The notes beneath the pieces are model-generated. The model saw nothing but the letters and a program-made list of their open reading frames with translations. It did no database searches and had not been told where the DNA came from. A stretch of DNA of 64,000 nucleotides from Candidatus Poribacteria bacterium. GTDB lineage: Bacteria; Poribacteria; WGA-4E; WGA-3G. A program made the translations under genes and the position numbers. Location: assembly GCA_965198235.1 (NCBI GenBank), contig OZ240248.1, positions 4,864,001 through 4,928,000 on the forward strand, read 5' to 3'. Positions 20,275-28,685 of the stretch are shown here, one piece after another (the first letter of the stretch is position 1; every line of letters begins with the position of its first letter).

Positions 20275-21168
20275 TCATCGTTCCCTAACAAGGAGCGAAC
20301 CCTCCTGGGTCGCGCATATAAGTTTTTCACCATCCGCTGAAAATGTGAGTTCCCGAATAGCACCTTCCTGTACAGAAAACATGGATACGGGATTGCCGCC
20401 TCTCGTTTCCCACAACTGAATGTAGTTATCTCTTCCGCCGCTTACGAGCAGCTCACCGTCGGTAGAAAATGCCAAAGCACTGACTGAGTCGGTATGCCCT
20501 CTTAATATAGTGAGTAAATGCTTGCTTTCCAAATTCCACAGCCGAACAAGTGTGTCCGAACCGCCACTCGCCAGTGTCTCACTTTCAGGGGAAAATGCCA
20601 AAGCCAAGACAAGTCCGTCATGTGCTGAAAAGGTGGAGAGTAGACCCCCCGTTTCGACTTCCCATAAGCGAATTTTGCCGTCCGCGCTTCCACTTGCAAG
20701 TGTTGTGCCATCCGGCGAAAATGCCAGACTCCTAATTCGTCCGGGGGCTTCAGTAGAAGAGGCAAGCAACCGTTCTGTGCGCGGATCCCATCCGGGAAGC
20801 GGGACACCATCCGGTGAAGATGATGCTAACGCGTTCACCAGATTAGAATCCCCAGCCAGTGTTAGCACTTCGCGAGCCGTAGCGGTGTCCCAGAGTCTGA
20901 GCGTATTGTCTTCGCTCCCGCTGGCAAGCAGAGAATTATCTGGAGCAAATGCTAATGCCCGCATGTGTTCCGTATAACCTGAGAGCATTGCGAATTGTGC
21001 TCCGGTGGCTGTGTCGTATATCCAGATACGTCCATCACCGCCTGCGGCGAGCCGTGTGCCATCTGGTGAGCAAGTGATAGCCATCACTTGCTTTTTATCG
21101 AACCTTGCTTTGAGTCCCGGAGGTAACTCAGATTGGATGCAGTTCTGAAACATTTCTGTTTTTTCCAT
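20275..21168 (-). CDS. WD40-repeat protein
   Basis: About 6 LAFSP..LASG..D..RLW repeats. Confidence 0.9.
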   Translation of the reverse strand: MEKTEMFQNCIQSELPPGLKARFDKKQVMAITCSPDGTRLAAGGDGRIWIYDTATGAQFAMLSGYTEHMRALAFAPDNSLLASGSEDNTLRLWDTATAREVLTLAGDSNLVNALASSSPDGVPLPGWDPRTERLLASSTEAPGRIRSLAFSPDGTTLASGSADGKIRLWEVETGGLLSTFSAHDGLVLALAFSPESETLASGGSDTLVRLWNLESKHLLTILRGHTDSVSALAFSTDGELLVSGGRDNYIQLWETRGGNPVSMFSVQEGAIRELTFSADGEKLICATQEGSLLVRER

Positions 21169-21179
21169 TTTTTAAACTA

Positions 21180-21508
21180 TTTTTTTAATTATGGGCCTCT
21201 GGGGCACCGCTCCAAATGTAAAGCATTCTCACTGCGAAGCAAAATTATGCCATTTAAGGAAACCTAATTTCATTTCGCGGTGGTCTCTGGTTAATTCGAG
21301 AACCCACCTTAGATGATGAGAGGTTACTGACTTAACCAAAAACCATCGTGAAACGAAGTGGAACGATGCCCAGGAACCAATAGTTAAAAAAGTTTCGGGC
21401 AGGTTTTTGATTCAGTCCACTGGGTTGGAGCCGTTTGTGGTTTCCAGTTTTGACCATCAACTTACACATTGATAAAATTGTTAAGGAAACCCGAGTTGAT
21501 AGTCAAAG
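21180..21508. repeat. Back-to-back hairpin elements plus an IR element
   Basis: 21180-21297 (-, doubly nested insert); 21340-21391 (+, empty CATCGT-GAAACGAAGTGGA-ACGATG); 21448-21508 TTTGACCATCAACT...AGTTGATAGTCAAA. Confidence 0.85.
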
Positions 21509-21510
21509 TA

Positions 21511-22539
21511 TTAAGACACGGAATTCCAATCTAAAACGACACCTGTATACACATTCGGTTCCTTGAGGAGACCGTCGTAAGCCTGCTTAATCTGTTCTGG
21601 TTTGAGACGGTGAGAGATTAAGGGTTCGACGTGCAATTGCCCGCGTGCCATCCAGTCAAAGATGGTTTGCTGTTTGCTCCATTGAGAGATTCGATTCCCG
21701 ATGTCCGGGTACATCGGCACGCACCATTCCAATGCCCCACGGATAGTAATCCATCGCAAATGTGTTTCAGAAAGTAGATCGGTCAGGTCTCCAGGCACTG
21801 AAACGCGCGGTGTTCCGAGAATGATGAGTTGTCCGTGGCTGGCGGTGGCGCGAAGTGCTTGCATAACAACCCCACTGTGTCCAACAGCATCGACCGTGAT
21901 ATTACCAAGCTCACCACCCGTAATTTCCTCAACCTGTGTTTGTGATTCGTCAGCATCGCCACCCACAGTATGTTTAATTCCACACCGCTGTGCGAGTTCT
22001 CGTCTCTCCGCTACCGGGTCCACGCCAATCACGCGACATCCGTGAATCTGAAACATCTGTGATGCTAAGTTTCCAACAAGTCCTAATCCAAAGACAACGA
22101 CCCACGGGTTCGTCCCGATCTCCCCGACAACAATCGCGGTCATCGCAACACCTGCCATCCGTGATGCTGCAATCACAGCTGGATCCACTGCCTCTCTAAC
22201 AGGCGCGACCAACCGATCTTGTGAATATAGGATCGTTGAGGCGTGCCGTCCGTATGTGAAAACCCGGTCACCGGGTGCAGCGCGGGTAACACCAGCACCG
22301 ACTACACGCACAATGCCGACATTCGCATAACCAGAACGCCACGGATATTCACACCATGACCCCTTCTGGAAGACCTTCGGCTCTCTCCCGGTATAATTTG
22401 CGAGTTCTGTACCGCTACTAATGAAGGTGTATTCTGTGTCTATCAGCAATTCGTTGGAAGCGAGCACTGGTGCGTCTATATCGGCAATCTGCAGCTCCAC
22501 TTGGTTTTGACCTGTTACAACAACCTCTCTTATTTTCAT
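21511..22539 (-). CDS. MDR (zinc-binding dehydrogenase-like) oxidoreductase
   Basis: ISSGTE, GYANVG, GLGLVG, LISHR. Confidence 0.85.
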   Translation of the reverse strand: MKIREVVVTGQNQVELQIADIDAPVLASNELLIDTEYTFISSGTELANYTGREPKVFQKGSWCEYPWRSGYANVGIVRVVGAGVTRAAPGDRVFTYGRHASTILYSQDRLVAPVREAVDPAVIAASRMAGVAMTAIVVGEIGTNPWVVVFGLGLVGNLASQMFQIHGCRVIGVDPVAERRELAQRCGIKHTVGGDADESQTQVEEITGGELGNITVDAVGHSGVVMQALRATASHGQLIILGTPRVSVPGDLTDLLSETHLRWITIRGALEWCVPMYPDIGNRISQWSKQQTIFDWMARGQLHVEPLISHRLKPEQIKQAYDGLLKEPNVYTGVVLDWNSVS

Positions 22540-22865
22540 GCTGAGTCTTCCTCTCCTAATTCCTTTAATTCTTCTTGCTTAATCCTACGAATCAGGGCTT
22601 GCATCCGTTTATATCTAAAAAGCCCGACGAAGAAGGTCGCAATGCCGAGCATGATAAAGATAATGCCGATTACCTCAACGATATATGAACTAAAGATCTC
22701 TTTGAGATGTACAAAGGATAAGCCTGCAACGAACAGCGTTAGCGCCGTGCGGATATAAGCGAGGAAGGTTCGCTCATTCGCGAGGATAGTCCGGTCCGCA
22801 GCGAGATGGTCTCGCAAGATAAGTTGGTCTTCGAGTCCTTTGTAAGGCGTTGGTTTCTCTGGCAT
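22536..22865 (-). CDS. DUF202 (YidH-like) membrane protein
   Basis: RDHLAADRTILANERTFLAYIRT. Confidence 0.9.
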   Translation of the reverse strand: MPEKPTPYKGLEDQLILRDHLAADRTILANERTFLAYIRTALTLFVAGLSFVHLKEIFSSYIVEVIGIIFIMLGIATFFVGLFRYKRMQALIRRIKQEELKELGEEDSA

Positions 22866-22874
22866 TTGACGTTC

Positions 22875-23056
22875 CTTTTTTTAAATGTTCCTTGCGGTTA
22901 AACAACATGAAATTGGCATTTAACGTTCCTTTCTTAAGAGTCGCCTTCCACTCCGTTTCAGGCTTGGGGTTCGGTTTTAAGAAGGACGTACAGCATGATC
23001 AGAAACCTGTCCGAAACGTAGTGGAGGGCAGGGCAGAAACCCAATAATTAAAAAAA
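22875..23056. repeat. Back-to-back hairpin elements
   Basis: (-) GCCT-GAAACGGAGTGGA-AGGC...ACCGCAAGGAACATTTAAAA; (+) CCTGTCC-GAAACGTAGTGGA-GGGCAGG...ATAATTAAAAAA. Confidence 0.85.
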
Positions 23057-23380
23057 GAGATTCAAAATAATGATGCCGGCAAGCCATCCGTATAAAGTCC
23101 GAAGGCATCGTAACCTTTTTGCTGTACACTGGTATTCCGCCGTGTAGCACGCAGGATTTTGGAAATAGAGCGTCAGTCGTCTTGGCATGGACAAGTCTAT
23201 TTTAGGTGTTAAGGTGCCCATAACAGCGGCACTTACACCGAGAAGCACAATATTGATTGTGGGCAGGATACTGAGAACGGCGCCAAATACTGTCCAACGC
23301 CACTTTGAAACACTACGGAATGCGTCAACCCGTGCCATGCGGATCAGCGATGCGGATGGTATGCTTGTTTCTGGAGCCAT
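23048..23380 (-). CDS. Hypothetical membrane protein
   Basis: 110-aa ORF with hydrophobic segments; stop codon lies in the repeat end. Confidence 0.55.
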   Translation of the reverse strand: MAPETSIPSASLIRMARVDAFRSVSKWRWTVFGAVLSILPTINIVLLGVSAAVMGTLTPKIDLSMPRRLTLYFQNPACYTAEYQCTAKRLRCLRTLYGWLAGIIILNLFF

Positions 23381-23460
23381 GCGTGATGTCCGGATTGGAA
23401 CGCGAGACTTCCTTGATCTGCCCTTTTATATTGTAGAAACGCTTCTGCGCGCAACACGCA

Positions 23461-23716
23461 TTAACCCTCGTAACGTAGATTTTTTCCATTGTCGGGACCA
23501 CCTTGATGCCAAACCCAGACGTTGCGAAAATATGACTGTTTTTCTGGAGGCAACCCTTCAATCACATGCTTCGGCACTGATGGTTTGTGAAATTGACGCC
23601 CGACGAAGTTATAACAATTGAAGATAGCTATCCGAGGTCGATCCGGATTTTGCCACGGAACCCCTGAATGACAAAGGTTCTCCGCGAAGATAATCACGGA
23701 CAACGCTTCCGATCAT
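23461..23716 (-). pseudogene. C-terminal fragment of a PhyH-family dioxygenase
   Basis: SVIIFAENLCHSG.PW.....R resembles the distal His/Arg strand; no HxD half; in-frame stop just upstream. Confidence 0.65.
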
Positions 23717-23894
23717 CTTAAGCATTATAGCAAATTTTAGGTTTAATTCAAAACGATTTTTTAAATTGGGCTACAGTGCTGTAGTCCAGCAGGAACATCT
23801 ATTTTCGTTTCTTTACTCTTATAGCCGGAGACCTCTGTGTAGATGCGCGTATCGCCAAAAGTAAAATAAACCTAAAAAGGTAACGAACCTTTGT

Positions 23895-23924
23895 TTGACA
23901 CCGATATATGCTGTATGCTATACT
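23895..23924 (+). promoter_or_regulatory. Sigma70 promoter
   Basis: TTGACA-N18-TATACT with extended -10 TG. Confidence 0.7.
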
Positions 23925-24028
23925 AAAGACATGCCACGAGCAGTACTTTTTGGTGTAACTTGCAAACTGAGAATTGCTGTGGAAAACATCGACGGACTGT
24001 TGAACTTTATTTTCATAAATGAAATGGA

Positions 24029-24631
24029 GTGACCAATTTAATGGATTTCAAACAAGCATTAGGTAGCAAAATCGCAGATTATAACTTACTCAATCACCCA
24101 TTTTACCAAGCATGGAGTGCTGGCGAATTGCCAGTCGAAGCCTTACGCGCCTATGCACGGGAGTATGGTGCTTTTATCTCTACACTGCCGGAGGGATGGG
24201 AGGCACTCGACGATGCCGAAACCGCAGAGGAAGAGACCGAGCACATCGACTTATGGGCTGACTTCGCGGCTGGGCTTGACACCGCTGTTGCTGAAGCACA
24301 AATTCCGCAGGTAAAGGCACTGATGCGGACAGCACGCGAACTCTTTTCGGAACGGACGACTGCACTCGGCGCGCTCTATGCGTTCGAGGCACAGCAACCG
24401 GCAACTGCCCAATCGAAACTTACGGGTTTAAAGGCGTTCTATCAACTCCCGAAATCGGTAGAGCCTTATTTTGAAACACATTCACACAACGAGCATGAAG
24501 CGGAGAAACTGCTTGAGCGTATCGGGGCGTTGCCATCAGATTCGCACGCCACTGTCGTGCAGGCATGTGAAAAGATGAGCACTGCTTTGTGGGATGCTCT
24601 CACAGGGATTCATGATGCGGAATGCGCATGA
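24029..24631 (+). CDS. CADD/PqqC-like heme-oxygenase-like diiron enzyme (start may be ATG 24041)
   Basis: LLNHPFYQAWSAGEL, EHIDLW, ALYAFEAQ.P..A..K..GL, YFETH. Confidence 0.8.
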   Translation: MTNLMDFKQALGSKIADYNLLNHPFYQAWSAGELPVEALRAYAREYGAFISTLPEGWEALDDAETAEEETEHIDLWADFAAGLDTAVAEAQIPQVKALMRTARELFSERTTALGALYAFEAQQPATAQSKLTGLKAFYQLPKSVEPYFETHSHNEHEAEKLLERIGALPSDSHATVVQACEKMSTALWDALTGIHDAECA

Positions 24632-25001
24632 TACGGTGAAGGCGTATTTTGACGCACTTGTTGTTGGTGATGCTGAAACCCTCATTGCAATGATGCTTCC
24701 TGCCTCGCACTACGTCAAGGTCGGCACCGATGCTGACGAGGTTGTTGAGGGAAGCACAGAAATCGCGGCGTATTACCGAAACCACGTCGCGAGCACGGAG
24801 GATTTCAGCATTGAATTTATTAACTTTGACGTGCAGGAACGAGGCGATGTCGCGTGGTTCTACACGCGCCAAGTCTGGCGACTCAAATGGCAAGGCACGC
24901 CGGAGGAATTCGTGATGCGGATGACGGGCGTTTTGGAAAAAACTGACGAGTTGTGGAGGTTTGCGCAGATCCATGCCTCGATCGGTATTCCCACATCTTA
25001 G
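24612..25001 (+). CDS. NTF2/SnoaL-like protein
   Basis: GDVAWF, RMTGVLEK..E.WRFAQIHAS. Confidence 0.85.
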   Translation: MMRNAHDTVKAYFDALVVGDAETLIAMMLPASHYVKVGTDADEVVEGSTEIAAYYRNHVASTEDFSIEFINFDVQERGDVAWFYTRQVWRLKWQGTPEEFVMRMTGVLEKTDELWRFAQIHASIGIPTS

Positions 25002-25019
25002 TTTTTAGAGGAGGAGTTC

Positions 25020-25715
25020 TTGAAAATTTCGGTTATCTCTTTTGATGGCGACATGACCTTGTGGGATTTCCTGAAGGTCATGCATCATTCACTCAAACGG
25101 ACATTGGCGGAACTACAAAAACGGGTTCCAACCCAGCGTGTTTTGGAACTTACAGTCAATGAGATGATTACAATTCGGAATCAATTTGCTGAAGAAGTAA
25201 AGGGCAAAATTTGGAATCTTGAAGAAATCAGGTTGCGCGCATTTGAGAGAACACTTGAATATGTTGGTTGTCCGGATAAGGAACTTGCTGCGCATCTGAA
25301 TGCGATATATCGGAAGCACCGATTTGAAGATATAGAGTTATATCCAGATGTCATCCCGACTTTTGAAATTCTGGCATCACAATTCAAACTGGGATTGCTC
25401 TCAAATGGAAATACCTACCCGGAACGCTGCGGGCTTGAGGGGCATTTCGCCTTTGTTGTCTTTTCCCAAGATGTGCAGATTGAGAAACCGGATCGAAAAA
25501 TCTTTGAAATAACTGCCCAGCGAGCGAGTTGTGAACTCGCACAGATGCTCCATGTAGGGGACTCACTTAAAAACGATGTTGCTGGTGCGCGGAACGCTGG
25601 TGCACATTCCGTCTGGCTCAATCGTGAAGGTGAACCGAACGACACAGAAACCCAACCTGACTACGAGGTGGCTTCATTGACAGAAATCCCCGAAATTTTA
25701 GGGGCGGATGGATAG
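25020..25715 (+). CDS. HAD-superfamily hydrolase
   Basis: FDGDMTL, LSNG, KPD..IF, HVGDS...DV.GA. Confidence 0.9.
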   Translation: MKISVISFDGDMTLWDFLKVMHHSLKRTLAELQKRVPTQRVLELTVNEMITIRNQFAEEVKGKIWNLEEIRLRAFERTLEYVGCPDKELAAHLNAIYRKHRFEDIELYPDVIPTFEILASQFKLGLLSNGNTYPERCGLEGHFAFVVFSQDVQIEKPDRKIFEITAQRASCELAQMLHVGDSLKNDVAGARNAGAHSVWLNREGEPNDTETQPDYEVASLTEIPEILGADG

Positions 25716-25833
25716 TCTCGTTAGATTCGTCTTTCTTCGATATGGTAAGGTGGCGTGTTTATGGAAGTTAAGGCTGTATACGTGCCAAAAAACACCTTGC
25801 ACAAAACTACTGCTTTATTGTATTATAATACCC

Positions 25834-26733
25834 ATGGAGAGCACGAACGGCGTTACAACAAAACATATCCTGAACATCACAAAGCCGAGTGCGTCTCGAA
25901 TTGCGCTGGCGAAGAGCAATACACCAGATGCCCTTCAAAAACTCTGTCGAGATTATTGGGCTTGGCACTTCGACGAATCGCTATCTGATGCCGCTCGATT
26001 GTTATTAAGCACAGATCTCGGTTGGGAGACGATGCCGCAGCTCACAACACCGCCAGTCGGTGAAATCATCTCCCCGCTCGGTTACGCGCTTGCACACGAG
26101 GATAAAGATGTCCGAGATGCCGCGCTACAGGTATTGGACACCACTGTTCATATTCCAGCAGGCGTTGCTTATATCGGCGAAGAAGGTGCACCGTTGGAAG
26201 TGGACGGGTTTGAGATAGGAGTCTATCCTGTAACCAACGCACAGTACCAGCGGTTTCTTCAAGATACAGGACACACGTCCCCCCAAGATTGGACGGACGG
26301 AGTCTATCCAGCAAACAGGGGAGACCATCCTGTTGTCTGGGTTACGTGTGAAGATGCAGAAGCTTATGCTTGTTATGCCGGTGGCAGGCTACCGACGTTT
26401 TCAGAGTGGCAATACGCTGCCCGCGGTGCTGATGATAGGCTTTTTCCGTGGGGCTATGAAATTGACAGACCGCGGTGCAACACCGCGGAACTCGGCGCGG
26501 GAACGACAACTCCGGTCGTTAGCTTCAGAGACGGCATGGGTCCGTTCGGTTGCTACGACATGGTCGGCAATGTCTGGGAATGGACAGACACATCTTATGA
26601 CGATGAAGGGAATTTCCGTGTGGCGTGTGGAGGCGCGTGGTATTACAACCACGACTATAGCACCTGCACCAGTTACGATTTTTTTAGCAATGGGTATGCA
26701 GAGTTTGTAATTGGGTTCCGTATCGCGTGGTGA
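25834..26733 (+). CDS. FGE-sulfatase (SUMF1/EgtB/PvdO) domain protein
   Basis: YPVTNAQY, HPVVWV, RLPT..EW.YAARG, DMVGNVWEW, IGFR; the ORF-track extension to 25708 overlaps promoter-like DNA. Confidence 0.85.
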   Translation: MESTNGVTTKHILNITKPSASRIALAKSNTPDALQKLCRDYWAWHFDESLSDAARLLLSTDLGWETMPQLTTPPVGEIISPLGYALAHEDKDVRDAALQVLDTTVHIPAGVAYIGEEGAPLEVDGFEIGVYPVTNAQYQRFLQDTGHTSPQDWTDGVYPANRGDHPVVWVTCEDAEAYACYAGGRLPTFSEWQYAARGADDRLFPWGYEIDRPRCNTAELGAGTTTPVVSFRDGMGPFGCYDMVGNVWEWTDTSYDDEGNFRVACGGAWYYNHDYSTCTSYDFFSNGYAEFVIGFRIAW

Positions 26734-26773
26734 TGTTACATAGAGGACCAGAGTTCGTTTTGATGGGGAAAGA

Positions 26774-27340
26774 TTGATGAAAGATGACAAAACCAATGCA
26801 GAACATGCCTTAATACCTGAAAAATCCTCGGTGTCCTCAAGTGGGTTGCAAAAAGAACTCATCCAGCGTGGGCGCGTCGATATTCACGCGCATCAGACCG
26901 CTGCTAAGCACCTGAAACAGGGAGCAGATGCATTAAACGTTCGAGACTACCGGAAAGCGATTGAAGAATTTCAGCAGGTAATTCAGCACAACCGCGAATC
27001 GGCTGAGGCACACTTCCACCTCGGCTTGGCACATTTTATGCTCGGAGACTATGAAAAGGCAATAGATGCATACAAAATGGCAATAGCGTGCGAACCGAGT
27101 GAAGCAACGGCATACCTCAATCTTGCAGCAACTTATCGTTTGCTCAAACGCTATGACGAGGCTATTGATGTTTACACGCGCGCCATTCGTTTTATACCGA
27201 GCCACCCTGAGTTGCATTCTGAACTTGGAACAGTCTATACATTTCAGGGCAAGCGGCGTGAAGCTGTCAGTGCTTATAAAACAGCGATGCGACTTAAACT
27301 TAAATTGAAACTTCAATCGGATTTTGACCAGAGCGCGTAA
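26774..27340 (+). CDS. TPR protein
   Basis: About 4 TPRs (AHFHLG, AYLNLA, HSELG); last codons and stop come from a repeat element. Confidence 0.85.
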   Translation: MMKDDKTNAEHALIPEKSSVSSSGLQKELIQRGRVDIHAHQTAAKHLKQGADALNVRDYRKAIEEFQQVIQHNRESAEAHFHLGLAHFMLGDYEKAIDAYKMAIACEPSEATAYLNLAATYRLLKRYDEAIDVYTRAIRFIPSHPELHSELGTVYTFQGKRREAVSAYKTAMRLKLKLKLQSDFDQSA

Positions 27341-27425
27341 GCCCAAGCATCGCGCCGGGCTGGGTCTACGGAAAGGGACATCCTCGCAAATCGCGCCTAA
27401 ACGAACCGCAAGGAACATTAGAAAG
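27320..27425 (+). repeat. About 100-bp dispersed element
   Basis: TTTTGAYCAGAGCGCGTAAGCCC..GGGCT..TACGGA..AACGAAYCGCAAGGAACATTA; also at 31143-31250. Confidence 0.85.
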
Positions 27426-28007
27426 ATGTTTGTTTCTGACGAAGATCTGATGGTGAAATGCAGTAAAGGGGATATGAGTGCCTTCGAGTTGTTGGTACGG
27501 CGATATCAGAACCCTTTGATTAACTACATTTACCGCTCCATTGACGATTATCAACGCTCGGAAGACCTCTCCCAAGAAACGTTCCTCCGAGTCTTCAAAA
27601 GTGCGAACCGTTATGAGCCGACAGCGTCGTTCAAAAGTTGGCTCTATACAATTGCCACTAATTTGTGTCGAAATGAGATTCGGAACCGTACTCGTCGAAA
27701 CACCTGTTTTTTGGAGGATCTGGTTGAAGAAGGTGAAGATGTTTACCATGCCGACATCATGCGGGATACCCGCTATCTGCCAGATTTGCTCTTAGAGAAA
27801 AAAGAACAGAGACAGATTATCCGCAAAGCACTCGCACAGTTACCAGAAAATCAACGCGTGGCGTTAACGCTCGTCACCTATCAAGACTTACGGTATGAAG
27901 AGGTTGCAAAAATTCTTGGATGCTCAGTAGGTGCTGTGAAAGCGTTGCTTCATCGCGCTCGAGAAAAAATGAGAAAACTGCTCATTAAAGCGGGAATAGG
28001 GGAATAG
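27426..28007 (+). CDS. ECF sigma-70 factor
   Basis: DEDLM..AFELLVRRY, EDLSQETF, FKSWLYTIA.N, region 4 LPE.QR...YEEVA.ILG.SVGAVK. Confidence 0.92.
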   Translation: MFVSDEDLMVKCSKGDMSAFELLVRRYQNPLINYIYRSIDDYQRSEDLSQETFLRVFKSANRYEPTASFKSWLYTIATNLCRNEIRNRTRRNTCFLEDLVEEGEDVYHADIMRDTRYLPDLLLEKKEQRQIIRKALAQLPENQRVALTLVTYQDLRYEEVAKILGCSVGAVKALLHRAREKMRKLLIKAGIGE

Positions 28008-28058
28008 CCATCAGTAAGAGAGTGTAGCCCGAAATGAGCCGCAAGGAATAATTAGAAA

Positions 28059-28661
28059 ATGCGAAAATATAAACAGACCGAATTCCCAGATGTTTACGGT
28101 TCGACGTGTGAAGCGCATTTTGCGAGTCTGGACGAACTCTCAACTTACATTGACAAAGAATTGCCAGCATGGAAACGCCATCTCATCCGACGGCACCTCA
28201 AAAAGTGTGCTGCTTGTGCCAATCAGGTTCAGCGGTTGCAACAAACTGACGATTTCCTACGCCAAGGTGGTGAGATCAAAGTCTCTGATGACTTTTTAAG
28301 CAGTGTAATGGCGCGCGTATCGGAAGCGACGAAATACCAGAGACAATACGACTCGCTTTGGTCCCATGTCACACGGTTCATTGGATCGTCGCTTGGGTGG
28401 GCGCGACACAGTTCAACATTGACTGACAGGCTTCGCTACAGTATTCGGACGCGTAGTCCAGTTTACATATTTGTACTGACCTTCGCTGTTTTCACGATGG
28501 TGGGGGCAACGCTTTACCAATCCCCCAGCGATAGGTTTGGTCAGTCAACGCACGTTCTGAAGAAGGCACAGAAACTGGATGGTGAAAAATTAATTTCCTT
28601 TGAGGTTATACAACACGAGCCTCCTAAACGTTTACTAACAACCTACCTTCAGCAGAAGTAA
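28059..28661 (+). CDS. Zinc-finger (zf-HC2) anti-sigma factor with TM
   Basis: LS.YID.EL...HLKKCAAC (HxxxCxxC); TM near aa 135-152; follows the ECF sigma gene. Confidence 0.85.
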   Translation: MRKYKQTEFPDVYGSTCEAHFASLDELSTYIDKELPAWKRHLIRRHLKKCAACANQVQRLQQTDDFLRQGGEIKVSDDFLSSVMARVSEATKYQRQYDSLWSHVTRFIGSSLGWARHSSTLTDRLRYSIRTRSPVYIFVLTFAVFTMVGATLYQSPSDRFGQSTHVLKKAQKLDGEKLISFEVIQHEPPKRLLTTYLQQK

Positions 28662-28685
28662 GTACAGATAGTTGTCGGTTAAAAA

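Noticed and set aside
21340-21391. Hammerhead ribozyme suggested by the recurring GAAAC
   Set aside because: No CTGANGA core; GAAAC sits within a single hairpin loop, not a three-way junction.
23931-24010. Known riboswitch (THF, ZTP, TPP)
   Set aside because: Consensus motifs not found; kept only as an unclassified structured leader.
27324-27425. N-terminal extension of the ECF sigma factor (similar extensions at 25708, 30403, 56999, 61759)
   Set aside because: The extensions translate repeat, promoter or overlapping-gene DNA; family homology starts at downstream codons.
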